Shown here piece after piece: positions 34,164 through 43,470 of a stretch of DNA of 64,000 nt (the stretch's first letter is position 1; each line of letters begins with the position of its first letter). The stretch lies in the sequence record MH752840.1, one strand, 5' to 3'. Source of the DNA: Escherichia phage vB_EcoM-Pr121LW. The notes under the pieces were generated by a model. That model ran no database searches. It saw only the letters and a program-made list of their open reading frames with translations, and was not told the origin of the DNA. Position numbers and translations under genes: made by a program.

Positions 34164-37100
34164 ATGGCTGATATTAAAGTTGTCAGAATTGAATCTCTTC
34201 CTGCCACTACCGCAGTGACAGAGGATGATTACCTGGTTGTTCAACAACCAGACCTGACCCGTCGTGTAAAAATTGGCGATGTTGTCCATGTGGATGGGAC
34301 TGTTTCTCATGTAATCTCCTTTAAGGAAGGTGGTAAGTTAAACGGCCCAATGGATTTTGCCTACTTCGAAGAGGAAGACCTCTACCTGCGTTGGAAAGGC
34401 GAATTTCCACACACCGTTCCTGCATTGTCTTCACCGTACTCAGATGGTGGGATTACTGACGCTGCATGGATGGTATATACTGATCCGTCCTTAAGGGAGG
34501 AGCTGGAATCTACCATTGGCGCATCCATGATTATGACAGCTGAAGGTCAGTCTGTCCAGGATGTAATGGATGTTACAGTTAAGACCGCCAACGATGCTAA
34601 AGCACTTGCACAGCGGGTAGATTTTGGTACCGTGCACACTGTAGGCGATGTTATTCACCTTGTCAATTTTGTTGGCCCTGCAGTTATTGAAGAGGGAAGA
34701 ACTACTAACTACCCTTCTGTAGCAGCTGGTGAAAAATTCCTGAACGGTGTGGTATCTCGTCGTGATACTACAACTGTTGATGGTATTTTCCGTGGCGCTA
34801 CCTCCGGAGCTATGTATACCATTGCAGTAACCAACGGTGTAGCAACAACAAAAAGAATAGCACTTCGTGATGAATTTAAACGCCTAGAGGCAAACAACCC
34901 AACAAGAACCATTATTCGTGCTGGCGATGATGTAAACACAGCCGGGTACTTGCAGCTTGATGCAACAGGTCGTTGGGGCATGTGGAACCAACAGACATCT
35001 TCATGGCAACCTCTTGCTGTAGAGCAAGGTGGTACAGGTGCCAGAGATGCCGCAGGTGCACGTATTAATTTAGGAACTTTTTATAAACAACGTGCAGCCC
35101 TTGAGGCAAATTTCAATATCAATAATTTGACGGGTAATCAGGATGGTGTATACTACCAGCCGATGACTGCTAATGCAACTGAGGAAAATGGCTACCCTGC
35201 AGGTTCTGGTGCTGGTCACTTAATTGTTTGGCAGAACAATGCTAACGGCGGTGCAGGTTGTCGTCAGGAATACTATCCATTCTCTAACGTAGATGTTTGG
35301 TATTTGAGAACCTATCAGGCCAACACAAATCAGTGGACTGCATGGCAGCCTATGGTCAGACCTCGTAACGATGACACCTTCAGATCTCATATCGGCCTTG
35401 GTAAAAACAACTCACCAGCATTCGGGCACCTTTACTTAGCTCAATACTCTGGAGATGTTAAATCGGCCTCAGGTATTGTACACGGTGACAAGTATAATCG
35501 AGAAGGTACTCTTGAGCATGGATATCGTATCTACTCTGAAGTAAGAAACGATAATAAAGCTTGGTTAACAATACACCTCCATAAGGGAGCTACTGGTGCA
35601 GAAACACATAGATACCTCGGATTCAGAGAGGATGGTGTTTTAGATTGTCCTAAATATATGCAGGTTGGCGATCTAAATGGTCAGCTGGCAAACTGGGGAC
35701 TGGCAGAGTGGATCCGTAGTTCAGGCGCTGAAAGAGGTTTCTGGGGTTCCAAGAAAGCAGCCAAAATGGTTATCTGGGACGGAGGCATGGATGAGTCTGG
35801 TAACGGCACTCTGGAATGGGGTGTTTATAACAACCGGAAGGCCAAGTGGGAACCTTTACCTCAAGCCGCAGGTGGTACTGGAGCTACAACTCTGGCAGAA
35901 GCTCAAAACCTGTTTAGAATACCTATGGCAGCAGGTGTAAAAGATTTCTTAACACTGCCAAGAACAGCAGCCATGGTGGATGGTAAATATTACCCTGTTA
36001 TTGTAAGAACAGATCCGTACTATGCACCAGCTGTTGGTACAGATATTACAATAGTTACAAGATCCTCTTCTGGCAACGATCCTATGAACTGCGCAACACT
36101 CCAGTGTCATTACAGAACTGGTGGTTGGACAGACCGTGGAGACTCTTTTACTGGTGTTATAAACTTCTACCAGAACGAAAGAGCAATACTTGGTTGTGTT
36201 GCTCCTACTCGCGGAAAACAAGAGTATGTTGCTTTTTATGTAGAGGCCAGAGCTTTCCCAGTAAGCGTATATACAAGCCGAAACGTGCTTGAGGTATTTA
36301 CCAGGGAAAATGACTGGCAGGTAGGGAATGTAACTGACAATCAGGACGGTGTTAAGTTTTGTGCTCCGTTAGAGTCAGCAGACTTAAATCTTGCGATAAA
36401 GGGTGATAATGTAACTAACACCAGATCTCTTGCGGAGTTTAAAGGAACATCAGGTTTTTACACAGGCGGTGGTACTCAGTGGCACTACATCGGCACACCT
36501 GAACGCTATGCGGTCATGAGTAAAATGACCATGCCTAAAGTTGAGCTGTGGGCAGATGGTATCGACTACCTATGCCCTGGTAGCCAGACCACAAGGAAAG
36601 CACTGTTCTCTAATGCTGGATTCCAGGCAGCATCTGAAGGTACAGAGGACTTAATTAACAACACATTTACTTCCAAATGCGGCAAGGGTGCAGGTCTGAA
36701 AGGCCAGTCAGAGTTCAGGTCTACCCCAGAGGCTGGACAGGTAATTGTCAGAGATGTTGTTGGTTCTGCACATAAATTCTTTAACTTCAACAAAGACGGC
36801 ACATTCTACCCTCCTGGAGGTTATGTTTGCCAGACAGGTGCGGATTGGAACAATCAGTTTGGTAACACGAACCCGTCAAAAATAATGGCTGGTAATGTTA
36901 ACGGACCTGAAGGTTCCATGGTTGTAGCAGGGTTGTCGGTCGGTTTTTCTGGAAATTATGCATTCCAGATGGCTGGTCGTCTTGATCAGTTATACACTAG
37001 GTCTATTGAGGGTGGCAATCACAGAGCGTGGAACAAGGTAATCCAACACCGTGGTCAGGGCCTAGGGACAAACGATCTTAATGACTACAAGGGCGATAGA

Positions 37101-37970
37101 GAGGGTTTTTATCATCAAGAGGCCAACTCTCAAGCCACACCTGAGAGAAACTACCCATGCGGACAGGCAGGTACTCTCCTTATCTATAGAAACTATGCTA
37201 ACGTTCCAGAGAGTTGCGTACAGGAATATACAACATATCTTGGAGAAAAATTCCTGCGTTATGGAACAACGATAGGTGGTGTTTTCACATGGGGCCATTG
37301 GCAGCAGCTTGGTGGTAAGGGTATCACTTTAAAAACTCAAGGGTCCAATCTTGAACCTGAGTTCACAATACACACAGGTGGCGGTACTGATGTTACCAAC
37401 ACTTCAAACATGCCTTCTAATACAGGCAGGTTGTACTATTGGGGTAATGGCGCGGATAGGAAGAATGTGCTGGAGTTCCAGATAAGTGATGACTCAACAG
37501 CCGCCAGCTGGGTATTCCACTGTGGAGCTAAGACAGATGAGGCTAAATCAAGATATTTTGCTGTCAACGGCACGGTAGAATGTACCACTGTTAGCCAAAG
37601 TTCCGATAGAGACCTGAAGGATAATATAGAGGTCATACCTAACGCTCTGGAAGCAATTAGAAAGATGAAAGGCTATACCTACACCTTGAAAGAGAATGGT
37701 ATGCCTTATGCAGGCGTGATTGCTCAAGAGGTTATGGAAGCATTGCCAGAGGCAGTAGGATCTTTCGTGAAAAGGAAGGAAATAGAAGGTCCTACTCAAG
37801 ACGGTACTCCTCTGATGACCGAGGAAAGGTTCTATAACGTTGACTACGCAGCCGTAACAGGCTTGCTTGTCCAGGTTTGCAGGGAGCAGGATGATAAAAT
37901 AACTGCCCTTGAGGAGCAGGTTAAAAAATTAACGGAGGTTGTTACTGGGTTGCAAGAGAAACTGAAGTAA
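34164..37970 (+). CDS. long tail fibre with C-terminal intramolecular chaperone (peptidase S74-like)
   Basis: 1268 aa; C-terminal SDRDLKDNIEVIPNALEAIRKMKGYTY motif with Ser/Lys dyad, then a coiled coil. Confidence 0.6.
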   Translation: MADIKVVRIESLPATTAVTEDDYLVVQQPDLTRRVKIGDVVHVDGTVSHVISFKEGGKLNGPMDFAYFEEEDLYLRWKGEFPHTVPALSSPYSDGGITDAAWMVYTDPSLREELESTIGASMIMTAEGQSVQDVMDVTVKTANDAKALAQRVDFGTVHTVGDVIHLVNFVGPAVIEEGRTTNYPSVAAGEKFLNGVVSRRDTTTVDGIFRGATSGAMYTIAVTNGVATTKRIALRDEFKRLEANNPTRTIIRAGDDVNTAGYLQLDATGRWGMWNQQTSSWQPLAVEQGGTGARDAAGARINLGTFYKQRAALEANFNINNLTGNQDGVYYQPMTANATEENGYPAGSGAGHLIVWQNNANGGAGCRQEYYPFSNVDVWYLRTYQANTNQWTAWQPMVRPRNDDTFRSHIGLGKNNSPAFGHLYLAQYSGDVKSASGIVHGDKYNREGTLEHGYRIYSEVRNDNKAWLTIHLHKGATGAETHRYLGFREDGVLDCPKYMQVGDLNGQLANWGLAEWIRSSGAERGFWGSKKAAKMVIWDGGMDESGNGTLEWGVYNNRKAKWEPLPQAAGGTGATTLAEAQNLFRIPMAAGVKDFLTLPRTAAMVDGKYYPVIVRTDPYYAPAVGTDITIVTRSSSGNDPMNCATLQCHYRTGGWTDRGDSFTGVINFYQNERAILGCVAPTRGKQEYVAFYVEARAFPVSVYTSRNVLEVFTRENDWQVGNVTDNQDGVKFCAPLESADLNLAIKGDNVTNTRSLAEFKGTSGFYTGGGTQWHYIGTPERYAVMSKMTMPKVELWADGIDYLCPGSQTTRKALFSNAGFQAASEGTEDLINNTFTSKCGKGAGLKGQSEFRSTPEAGQVIVRDVVGSAHKFFNFNKDGTFYPPGGYVCQTGADWNNQFGNTNPSKIMAGNVNGPEGSMVVAGLSVGFSGNYAFQMAGRLDQLYTRSIEGGNHRAWNKVIQHRGQGLGTNDLNDYKGDREGFYHQEANSQATPERNYPCGQAGTLLIYRNYANVPESCVQEYTTYLGEKFLRYGTTIGGVFTWGHWQQLGGKGITLKTQGSNLEPEFTIHTGGGTDVTNTSNMPSNTGRLYYWGNGADRKNVLEFQISDDSTAASWVFHCGAKTDEAKSRYFAVNGTVECTTVSQSSDRDLKDNIEVIPNALEAIRKMKGYTYTLKENGMPYAGVIAQEVMEALPEAVGSFVKRKEIEGPTQDGTPLMTEERFYNVDYAAVTGLLVQVCREQDDKITALEEQVKKLTEVVTGLQEKLK

Positions 37971-37977
37971 CTGTTTT

Positions 37978-38003
37978 GCCCTCGCTTCGGCGGGGGCTTT
38001 TTT
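37978..38003 (+). terminator. rho-independent terminator
   Basis: Hairpin GCCCTCGC-TTCG-GCGGGGGC followed by TTTTTT. Confidence 0.7.
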
Positions 38004-38010
38004 GTTTGTA

Positions 38011-38039
38011 TTGCGTATTAACTCAAAATCTGGTAAAAT
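38011..38039 (+). promoter_or_regulatory. sigma70-like promoter (TTGCGT-N17-TAAAAT)
   Basis: TGGTAAAAT extended -10 pattern upstream of the J-like module. Confidence 0.4.
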
Positions 38040-38070
38040 AACTATCATGATTGTTTAACCTGGAGGCACA

Positions 38071-38661
38071 ATGTTTTTATGGGAAAGGCCTAGATACCTT
38101 CCAGATATTAGATTGGAGCTGCTGGCAGATATTGTTACGTTTAAAAGTCCGTTTACAGGTAAAACGCAAAAAGTAACCTATGCCACACCTAACTGGAAAG
38201 GCACTTTGACGGTTTCCAATATCAGCGAGTCACAGTTGCTAGAGCTTAAGAGCTTTGTTGATCAGGTGTATAAAGATGGGAACATATTTCTCATTAAAAC
38301 TTACGGTCACTCAGTAACAGCTAATGAGCCAATCGCCCTTGGGCCTACTGGTAACGACGATTTTTTGAAGACGGTTGGGTGGGAGCCAAACAGAGACATA
38401 GCTAGAGCTGGGGATAAAATATCTGTCAATGATGAATTGAAAGTGGTAACAGCTCCAGTACGCAGCGATGGTGTTGGGTCTGCTGTTATAAGCATATCTC
38501 CAAGACTTAGAAAACCTATTGCCGCAGGGGATACTATGAAGATAATAACTCAATCCCCAAAGGGTAGGTTTCATATCAGAGATATTTATAAAATTAAGCA
38601 AAAAGTCGATGCTATGCAAAAAGGTGATAATATAGTTATCAACTTCTTTGAGGATTTCTAA
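38071..38661 (+). CDS. minor tail protein (possibly lambda M-like)
   Basis: 196 aa; first gene of a four-gene block ending in the J-like gene. Confidence 0.35.
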   Translation: MFLWERPRYLPDIRLELLADIVTFKSPFTGKTQKVTYATPNWKGTLTVSNISESQLLELKSFVDQVYKDGNIFLIKTYGHSVTANEPIALGPTGNDDFLKTVGWEPNRDIARAGDKISVNDELKVVTAPVRSDGVGSAVISISPRLRKPIAAGDTMKIITQSPKGRFHIRDIYKIKQKVDAMQKGDNIVINFFEDF

Positions 38662-38662
38662 G

Positions 38663-39214
38663 ATGATTAGAGCGCCATTAGATAATTTATTTCTTGAGAA
38701 GCTGGAGCTTGATGGTGTTGAGATCTTAATTGCTGCAAAGCTAGAGCTACCGACAGGGACTGTCAGGGTGTGCTCAGGCACTGGTGTTGTAGTAATTGAG
38801 GGTCAACATTTTATAGGGATAGGTGGATCAGCAACATTAACTGCTGTGTCTGAGAAAGATGCCACCAACTTCGGATCTGTGGTAGCAACATTGAACGGGT
38901 TTGATCCTAAGTATGTTGGTGATCTACTGAAGACGGAGTATTCTGGTTGTCGTGCCACGTTGTACATTACCGCTATGGAGAATGGTCTGCCTGTTACAAC
39001 TAATGGTTTGTTTGACGGCCTTATAACAGATATGGCTATTCAGACAGGTGAGAACAGTGCTTTGTCCATATCCATCTCTTCCATCTTCAACAGTTGGTTA
39101 AGAGGTTTTCCTTATCGGTACACGGAGGAAAGCCACAGCTCAAGAAACGATAATGACAGATTTTTTAAATATGTGGATCAGGTGGCGAGCCGCCCGATCA
39201 TTTGGGAGGTTTAA
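38663..39214 (+). CDS. minor tail protein (possibly lambda L-like)
   Basis: Start at ATG 38663 behind GAGGA; second gene of the J-like block. Confidence 0.35.
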   Translation: MIRAPLDNLFLEKLELDGVEILIAAKLELPTGTVRVCSGTGVVVIEGQHFIGIGGSATLTAVSEKDATNFGSVVATLNGFDPKYVGDLLKTEYSGCRATLYITAMENGLPVTTNGLFDGLITDMAIQTGENSALSISISSIFNSWLRGFPYRYTEESHSSRNDNDRFFKYVDQVASRPIIWEV

Positions 39215-39639
39215 TGAGCACACATCCTCGTTTAGTAGATTGGCAAGAAAGATTGTGGAAAGTGTTTGACGAAGAGGCCACCATACCTTTTGAATGGGGA
39301 TTCCACGATTGTTGCACCTTTGCAGCCAAGTGTGTTGATGCCCAGTACGGAACAGATTTTCTTTCTAACTTCGAAGGAACGTATAAAACAGAGTTGGAAA
39401 GCAAAAGATGGTGCATGCTCCGTTTCAAAACCACACACCTGCCTACTATTTTTGATCTCTTTATGACTCGGCTGGATACTCATAAACAGGTTCAGCGTGG
39501 AGATATTGTCATTTTCGAAGGTCTGAACGGGCTCACCGCTGGTGTGTTCTGGAACAACCAGATTTGGGCGAAAGGTGATAAAGGGGTCTTTATGTTCGAC
39601 ATGAAAGATTCTATCGTTGTTGATGTCTGGAGGTATTAA
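39214..39639 (+). CDS. tail-tip protein (possibly lambda K-like)
   Basis: Start at ATG 39214 behind GGGAGG; Cys/His segment FEWGFHDCCTF; position just upstream of the J-like gene. Confidence 0.35.
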   Translation: MSTHPRLVDWQERLWKVFDEEATIPFEWGFHDCCTFAAKCVDAQYGTDFLSNFEGTYKTELESKRWCMLRFKTTHLPTIFDLFMTRLDTHKQVQRGDIVIFEGLNGLTAGVFWNNQIWAKGDKGVFMFDMKDSIVVDVWRY

Positions 39640-42600
39640 TGCCAATTGCAATGATTGATAACATCGTTGCTTCTGCAAGATCTTCAAGTTATGACTGGAA
39701 CGCATCCAAGGCAGCTCTGGCTGACAGCCTGAACACTGTTACCACCAGAACTCTGGATAAGATTTTTGAGGGCAACAAATCTTACAGAAGTCAGCAAGAT
39801 AGACAAAAGCTTCTCAGATCTTCTGCTGCACCCTGCTCTGTAGTGTATGGGAAGACACGCACGTCTGGGCTGCTTGCGTTTTTGGAGCAGGACAGAGACA
39901 GAACCCTCCATTGTGCCATTGTTCTTGCTAATCATCCTCTGGAAGGTATAGAAGACATACTCATCGACGGTAATCCTATTTCCTCGTATGGAGATCTGGT
40001 ATCGTGGGAGCTACATAACGACAGAAAAACATCTGATCCTTTCATGGGTACACACTGCCCATCGTGGTCACCAGATATGATAGGCAGAGGTATCAGTTGG
40101 CTGCGTGCCAGCTTCAAGTTTGACCCCAGTAAGTTTCCTTTTGGGTTGCCAAACGTTACACTGGTCAAGGTTGGTAAAAAATGCTATGACCCCCGCATCA
40201 GTAAAGAGGTGTATACCAATAACGCGGCCTTGGTGATCCTGGACTATTTAAGAACGTACCTTAAATGTCCTGACGAAACCATCAACTGGGAGTCCTTTAG
40301 GGAGGCTGCCAATATATGCGACGAGGCGGTAAAAAACGCTGACGGAACCAGTGAGCGACGTTACACCATTAACGGTGAGTTTGACATGGATGAGGCCCCA
40401 GCAAGTATTATGGCAGAAATGCTGAAAGCTTGCGGTGCAGACCTTAGTTATGTTGCTGGTAAGTATGGTTTGCTGGTTGGTGCATACTATGGCCCAGCAA
40501 CAATGACACTGAGTGAGGATTGTGTCTGTGGTGAGGTCAAGATCTATCCGGAAGCCTCCTTTGACAAGAGATCCAACACAATAACTGGCAGATTCACTAG
40601 TCCGACCAAAGGGTATTCTGAAACAGATTTTCCATCAGTGTTTGTCCCAGAGTGGATAGAGAAGGATGGAGAAAGAAAGATAATTGATATAGACTATCGC
40701 TTTGTTACCAGTCCTTATCAAGCTCAGCGTGTTTCTGCAATCTTCTTAAGACGTGCTAGAGCTGGCAGGATTATTGAAGTCACCTGCAATATGCGAGGTT
40801 TTAAATTTAAACCTGGCCGTTACGTTACAATGGACCTTCCAAGTATTGGTATAGTAGGCCAAGAAATGAGGGTTCTTGAATGGGAGTTCACCAAAAAGGG
40901 CGGTGTCAAGGTAAAACTTCGTCAAGATGCTAAAGAGTGGAATGATGCCACAGGGCAACTTCCGGATTCTGGTGATGTAGATATTCCGATATCTCCATCT
41001 GGTGTAGCTCAACCGCAAAACTTCAGATATTCCGTTCTCCAAGCCGGGGAAGTAACTCACGGTGTTTTGGCTTGGGACAACGTTGGAACTTACGCTCAAA
41101 ATATTGTGCAGGTAAGAAAGAACGGAGAGATTGTTTGGACAGCACAGACAGTTGAGCAGTTTGTCCGAGTAGAAGGCTTGACCAAAGGATCATACACAGC
41201 AACCGTGGTTGCAACATCTTATAAAGGTGGTGTATCTCCAGAAGCGTACTGCGAGTTCAACATTCAGGCACCTGAAGCTCCTGTTTCTGTGGAGGTTAAG
41301 CAGGGATACTTTGCTATTACCCTGATCCCGCACAGCAGAGACTTGGCTAGTGTAAGCACCCAGTACGACTTTTGGACATCTGGGATGACAAGATTGCCAG
41401 ATACCAGTGATGTAACAGTTACTTCAAAAGCCACTCGTATGGGTGTTGGTTCAACTTGGACATCTGAAGGTCTGCAGAACGATAAGATTTATTACTGGTA
41501 TATCAGGACAACAAATGCTTTTGGTTCATCTGCTTTTGTGGAGTGTGCAGCCCACTGTTACACATCCATAGAAGATCTTATGCCACAGATTGATGCTGAG
41601 TTCAAAAAGACAGAGACTTATAAAGAGCTTACCGCCAATCTTGATAATGCAGTCAAGGAAATGGATAAAAATGTTGGTGCAGTCAATGACCGTGTTACTA
41701 GCATTTTTGAAGAGCTTGGGGATACAATAGAGGGTGTTGTCAGAGAGACGACAGAAAAATTTACAGGGGTTAATGGAGAAATTTCTGCCCTTAACAGTAA
41801 GCTGGTAGCAGCTCAGCAATCCTTTGACGATAAACTTGCAGCAGAGTCTGGTAGGCTTGGGTCACTAATCGAGACAACAAATAGATCAACCGTTGATCTT
41901 GTTAATCGTAAAACTCAAGCATTGAGTGAGCAAATAACTGCAACTCAAGGTGCTCTGCGGGAAGAGTTGAAGAACACTGAGAGCAAACTTAACTCCTCTA
42001 TTCAAGAAACCAACAAGGCAACAACCGATCTGCTAAATAAGACAACGGAAGCTATTAAGCAGGATCTGGTGGCAGCTACAGGGAAGATCACCAAGCTGGA
42101 AGATGATGTGCAGAAAGAGGTTGCCAATCTGCAAGCATCTATTCAAGAAACTAATAGTACAACAGTTGATCTTGTTAATAATACAGCCACAGCGATCCGT
42201 CAAGAACTTACCTCTGCAAAACAAGAAATTGTTGACGAAATGGGTAATATTGATGAGCTCAGGGCTACAGTATCTAATACCTCTAAAGCTGTAACAACAC
42301 TTGAGGGTAAAATAGATGCTCAGTGGGGAGCTAAGATTCAGGTTGACAGCCATGGTAATAAATATGTGGCAGGTATCCAGCTGGGCATGGAGGGGTCTGG
42401 AGGACAAGTTCAATCATACTTCATGGTTAGTGCAAACAACTTTGCGGTATACAACCCCGGAAATGGAACAGCAACCCTTGCTTTCGCAATCAAGAACAAC
42501 CAAGCGTTCTTGAAAGACGCTTTTATAGAGAATGGCACGATCTCCTCTGCCAAGATCGCACAAGAAATTTCGTCAAACAACTACGATGGCAACGGGTACC

Positions 42601-43058
42601 ATAAATACGGTTGGTATATTAACAAGAACGGGCATGCCCAATTTATGGATGTGTGGGTGAAAGGCAACATCAACGCCAGTTCTGGTAACTTCACAGGGGC
42701 AGTTAATGCCACCAGTGGTACCTTCCGTGGAGATGTTTATGCCAATAATGGTAGCTTTAGAGGCACCATAGATGCAACCGGAGGTACATTCCGTGGTCGT
42801 GTAGAAGCTTCTGTTATCCGTGCTAACCAGTTCGAAGGTGCAATTGTTGCACACAGGACTTACGGAGATTGTGCTCCAGTGCATAACTCCCAGCAGAGGG
42901 TTTGCCGTTGGAGGTGGAGATACGTAGATAACGTTTCAGGTCAAGGTAAGAACGTAACATTCTTCTTTAAACTGAACGGTACTCGTGCCAACTCCCAACT
43001 AAATGCGTGGATAGCTGGTCATCAACTCCTTGCTGGCAAGAAGTACGGGAACGGATAA
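39639..43058 (+). CDS. lambda J-like central tail fibre protein, truncated by a tandem duplication
   Basis: 1139 aa; segments (YYWYIRTTNAFGSSAFVE; QWGAKIQVDSHGNKYVAGIQLGMEG ... NNFAVYNPGNG) match lambda J as I recall it; stop falls at the junction of the 127-bp repeat. Confidence 0.7.
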   Translation: MPIAMIDNIVASARSSSYDWNASKAALADSLNTVTTRTLDKIFEGNKSYRSQQDRQKLLRSSAAPCSVVYGKTRTSGLLAFLEQDRDRTLHCAIVLANHPLEGIEDILIDGNPISSYGDLVSWELHNDRKTSDPFMGTHCPSWSPDMIGRGISWLRASFKFDPSKFPFGLPNVTLVKVGKKCYDPRISKEVYTNNAALVILDYLRTYLKCPDETINWESFREAANICDEAVKNADGTSERRYTINGEFDMDEAPASIMAEMLKACGADLSYVAGKYGLLVGAYYGPATMTLSEDCVCGEVKIYPEASFDKRSNTITGRFTSPTKGYSETDFPSVFVPEWIEKDGERKIIDIDYRFVTSPYQAQRVSAIFLRRARAGRIIEVTCNMRGFKFKPGRYVTMDLPSIGIVGQEMRVLEWEFTKKGGVKVKLRQDAKEWNDATGQLPDSGDVDIPISPSGVAQPQNFRYSVLQAGEVTHGVLAWDNVGTYAQNIVQVRKNGEIVWTAQTVEQFVRVEGLTKGSYTATVVATSYKGGVSPEAYCEFNIQAPEAPVSVEVKQGYFAITLIPHSRDLASVSTQYDFWTSGMTRLPDTSDVTVTSKATRMGVGSTWTSEGLQNDKIYYWYIRTTNAFGSSAFVECAAHCYTSIEDLMPQIDAEFKKTETYKELTANLDNAVKEMDKNVGAVNDRVTSIFEELGDTIEGVVRETTEKFTGVNGEISALNSKLVAAQQSFDDKLAAESGRLGSLIETTNRSTVDLVNRKTQALSEQITATQGALREELKNTESKLNSSIQETNKATTDLLNKTTEAIKQDLVAATGKITKLEDDVQKEVANLQASIQETNSTTVDLVNNTATAIRQELTSAKQEIVDEMGNIDELRATVSNTSKAVTTLEGKIDAQWGAKIQVDSHGNKYVAGIQLGMEGSGGQVQSYFMVSANNFAVYNPGNGTATLAFAIKNNQAFLKDAFIENGTISSAKIAQEISSNNYDGNGYHKYGWYINKNGHAQFMDVWVKGNINASSGNFTGAVNATSGTFRGDVYANNGSFRGTIDATGGTFRGRVEASVIRANQFEGAIVAHRTYGDCAPVHNSQQRVCRWRWRYVDNVSGQGKNVTFFFKLNGTRANSQLNAWIAGHQLLAGKKYGNG

Positions 43059-43180
43059 CGTTTCAGGTCAAGGTAAGAACGTAACATTCTTCTTTAAACT
43101 GAACGGTACTCGTGCCAACTCCCAACTAAATGCGTGGATAGCTGGTCATCAACTCCTTGCTGGCAAGAAGTACGGGAACG
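42927..43180 (+). repeat. perfect tandem direct duplication, 2 x 127 bp
   Basis: 42927-43053 and 43054-43180 are identical base for base; 127 is not a multiple of 3. Confidence 0.9.
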
Positions 43181-43365
43181 CCAACGATGGCATGTGTGCA
43201 ATTGGGATAACAGGTCTAGGTGAACAAACTATAGACATTATTATTGAAATCTACACCCCGTGGTCAACGTCAAACGTGACAGGTGTCACAATCTCCTGTC
43301 CCACTGTGATCGTTAGTCGTTCTAACTCAAGCTTCCAGGGACCTTGGAACGAGTCTCACGACTAA
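43054..43365 (+). pseudogene. displaced C-terminal coding segment of the J-like gene (+1 frame)
   Basis: Frame +1 re-encodes DNVSGQGKNVTFFF...KKYGN from repeat copy 2 and continues ANDGMCAIGITG... to a stop at 43365; no independent RBS or ATG. Confidence 0.5.
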
Positions 43366-43370
43366 CCTTT

Positions 43371-43398
43371 AAAGCCCCGCTTCGGCGGGGTTTATTTT
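43371..43398 (+). terminator. rho-independent terminator
   Basis: Hairpin GCCCCGC-TTCG-GCGGGGT followed by a T-run. Confidence 0.7.
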
Positions 43399-43408
43399 TA
43401 TGCTCAGA

Positions 43409-43437
43409 TTGACTATTGTTACAAAATTTGGTAAAAT
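43409..43437 (+). promoter_or_regulatory. sigma70-like promoter (TTGACT-N17-TAAAAT)
   Basis: TGGTAAAAT extended -10 upstream of the baseplate J-like gene. Confidence 0.45.
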
Positions 43438-43470
43438 ACCTTGTAGAGATTTTCATACCGGAGGAGTGAC

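Noticed and set aside
43030-43365. ORF-track entry 43030-43365 as an independent 111-aa gene
   Set aside because: It has no ATG (the frame begins at TTG) and no RBS. It re-encodes the duplicated peptide of the J-like gene in the +1 frame, so it is treated as the displaced C-terminus rather than a separate gene.
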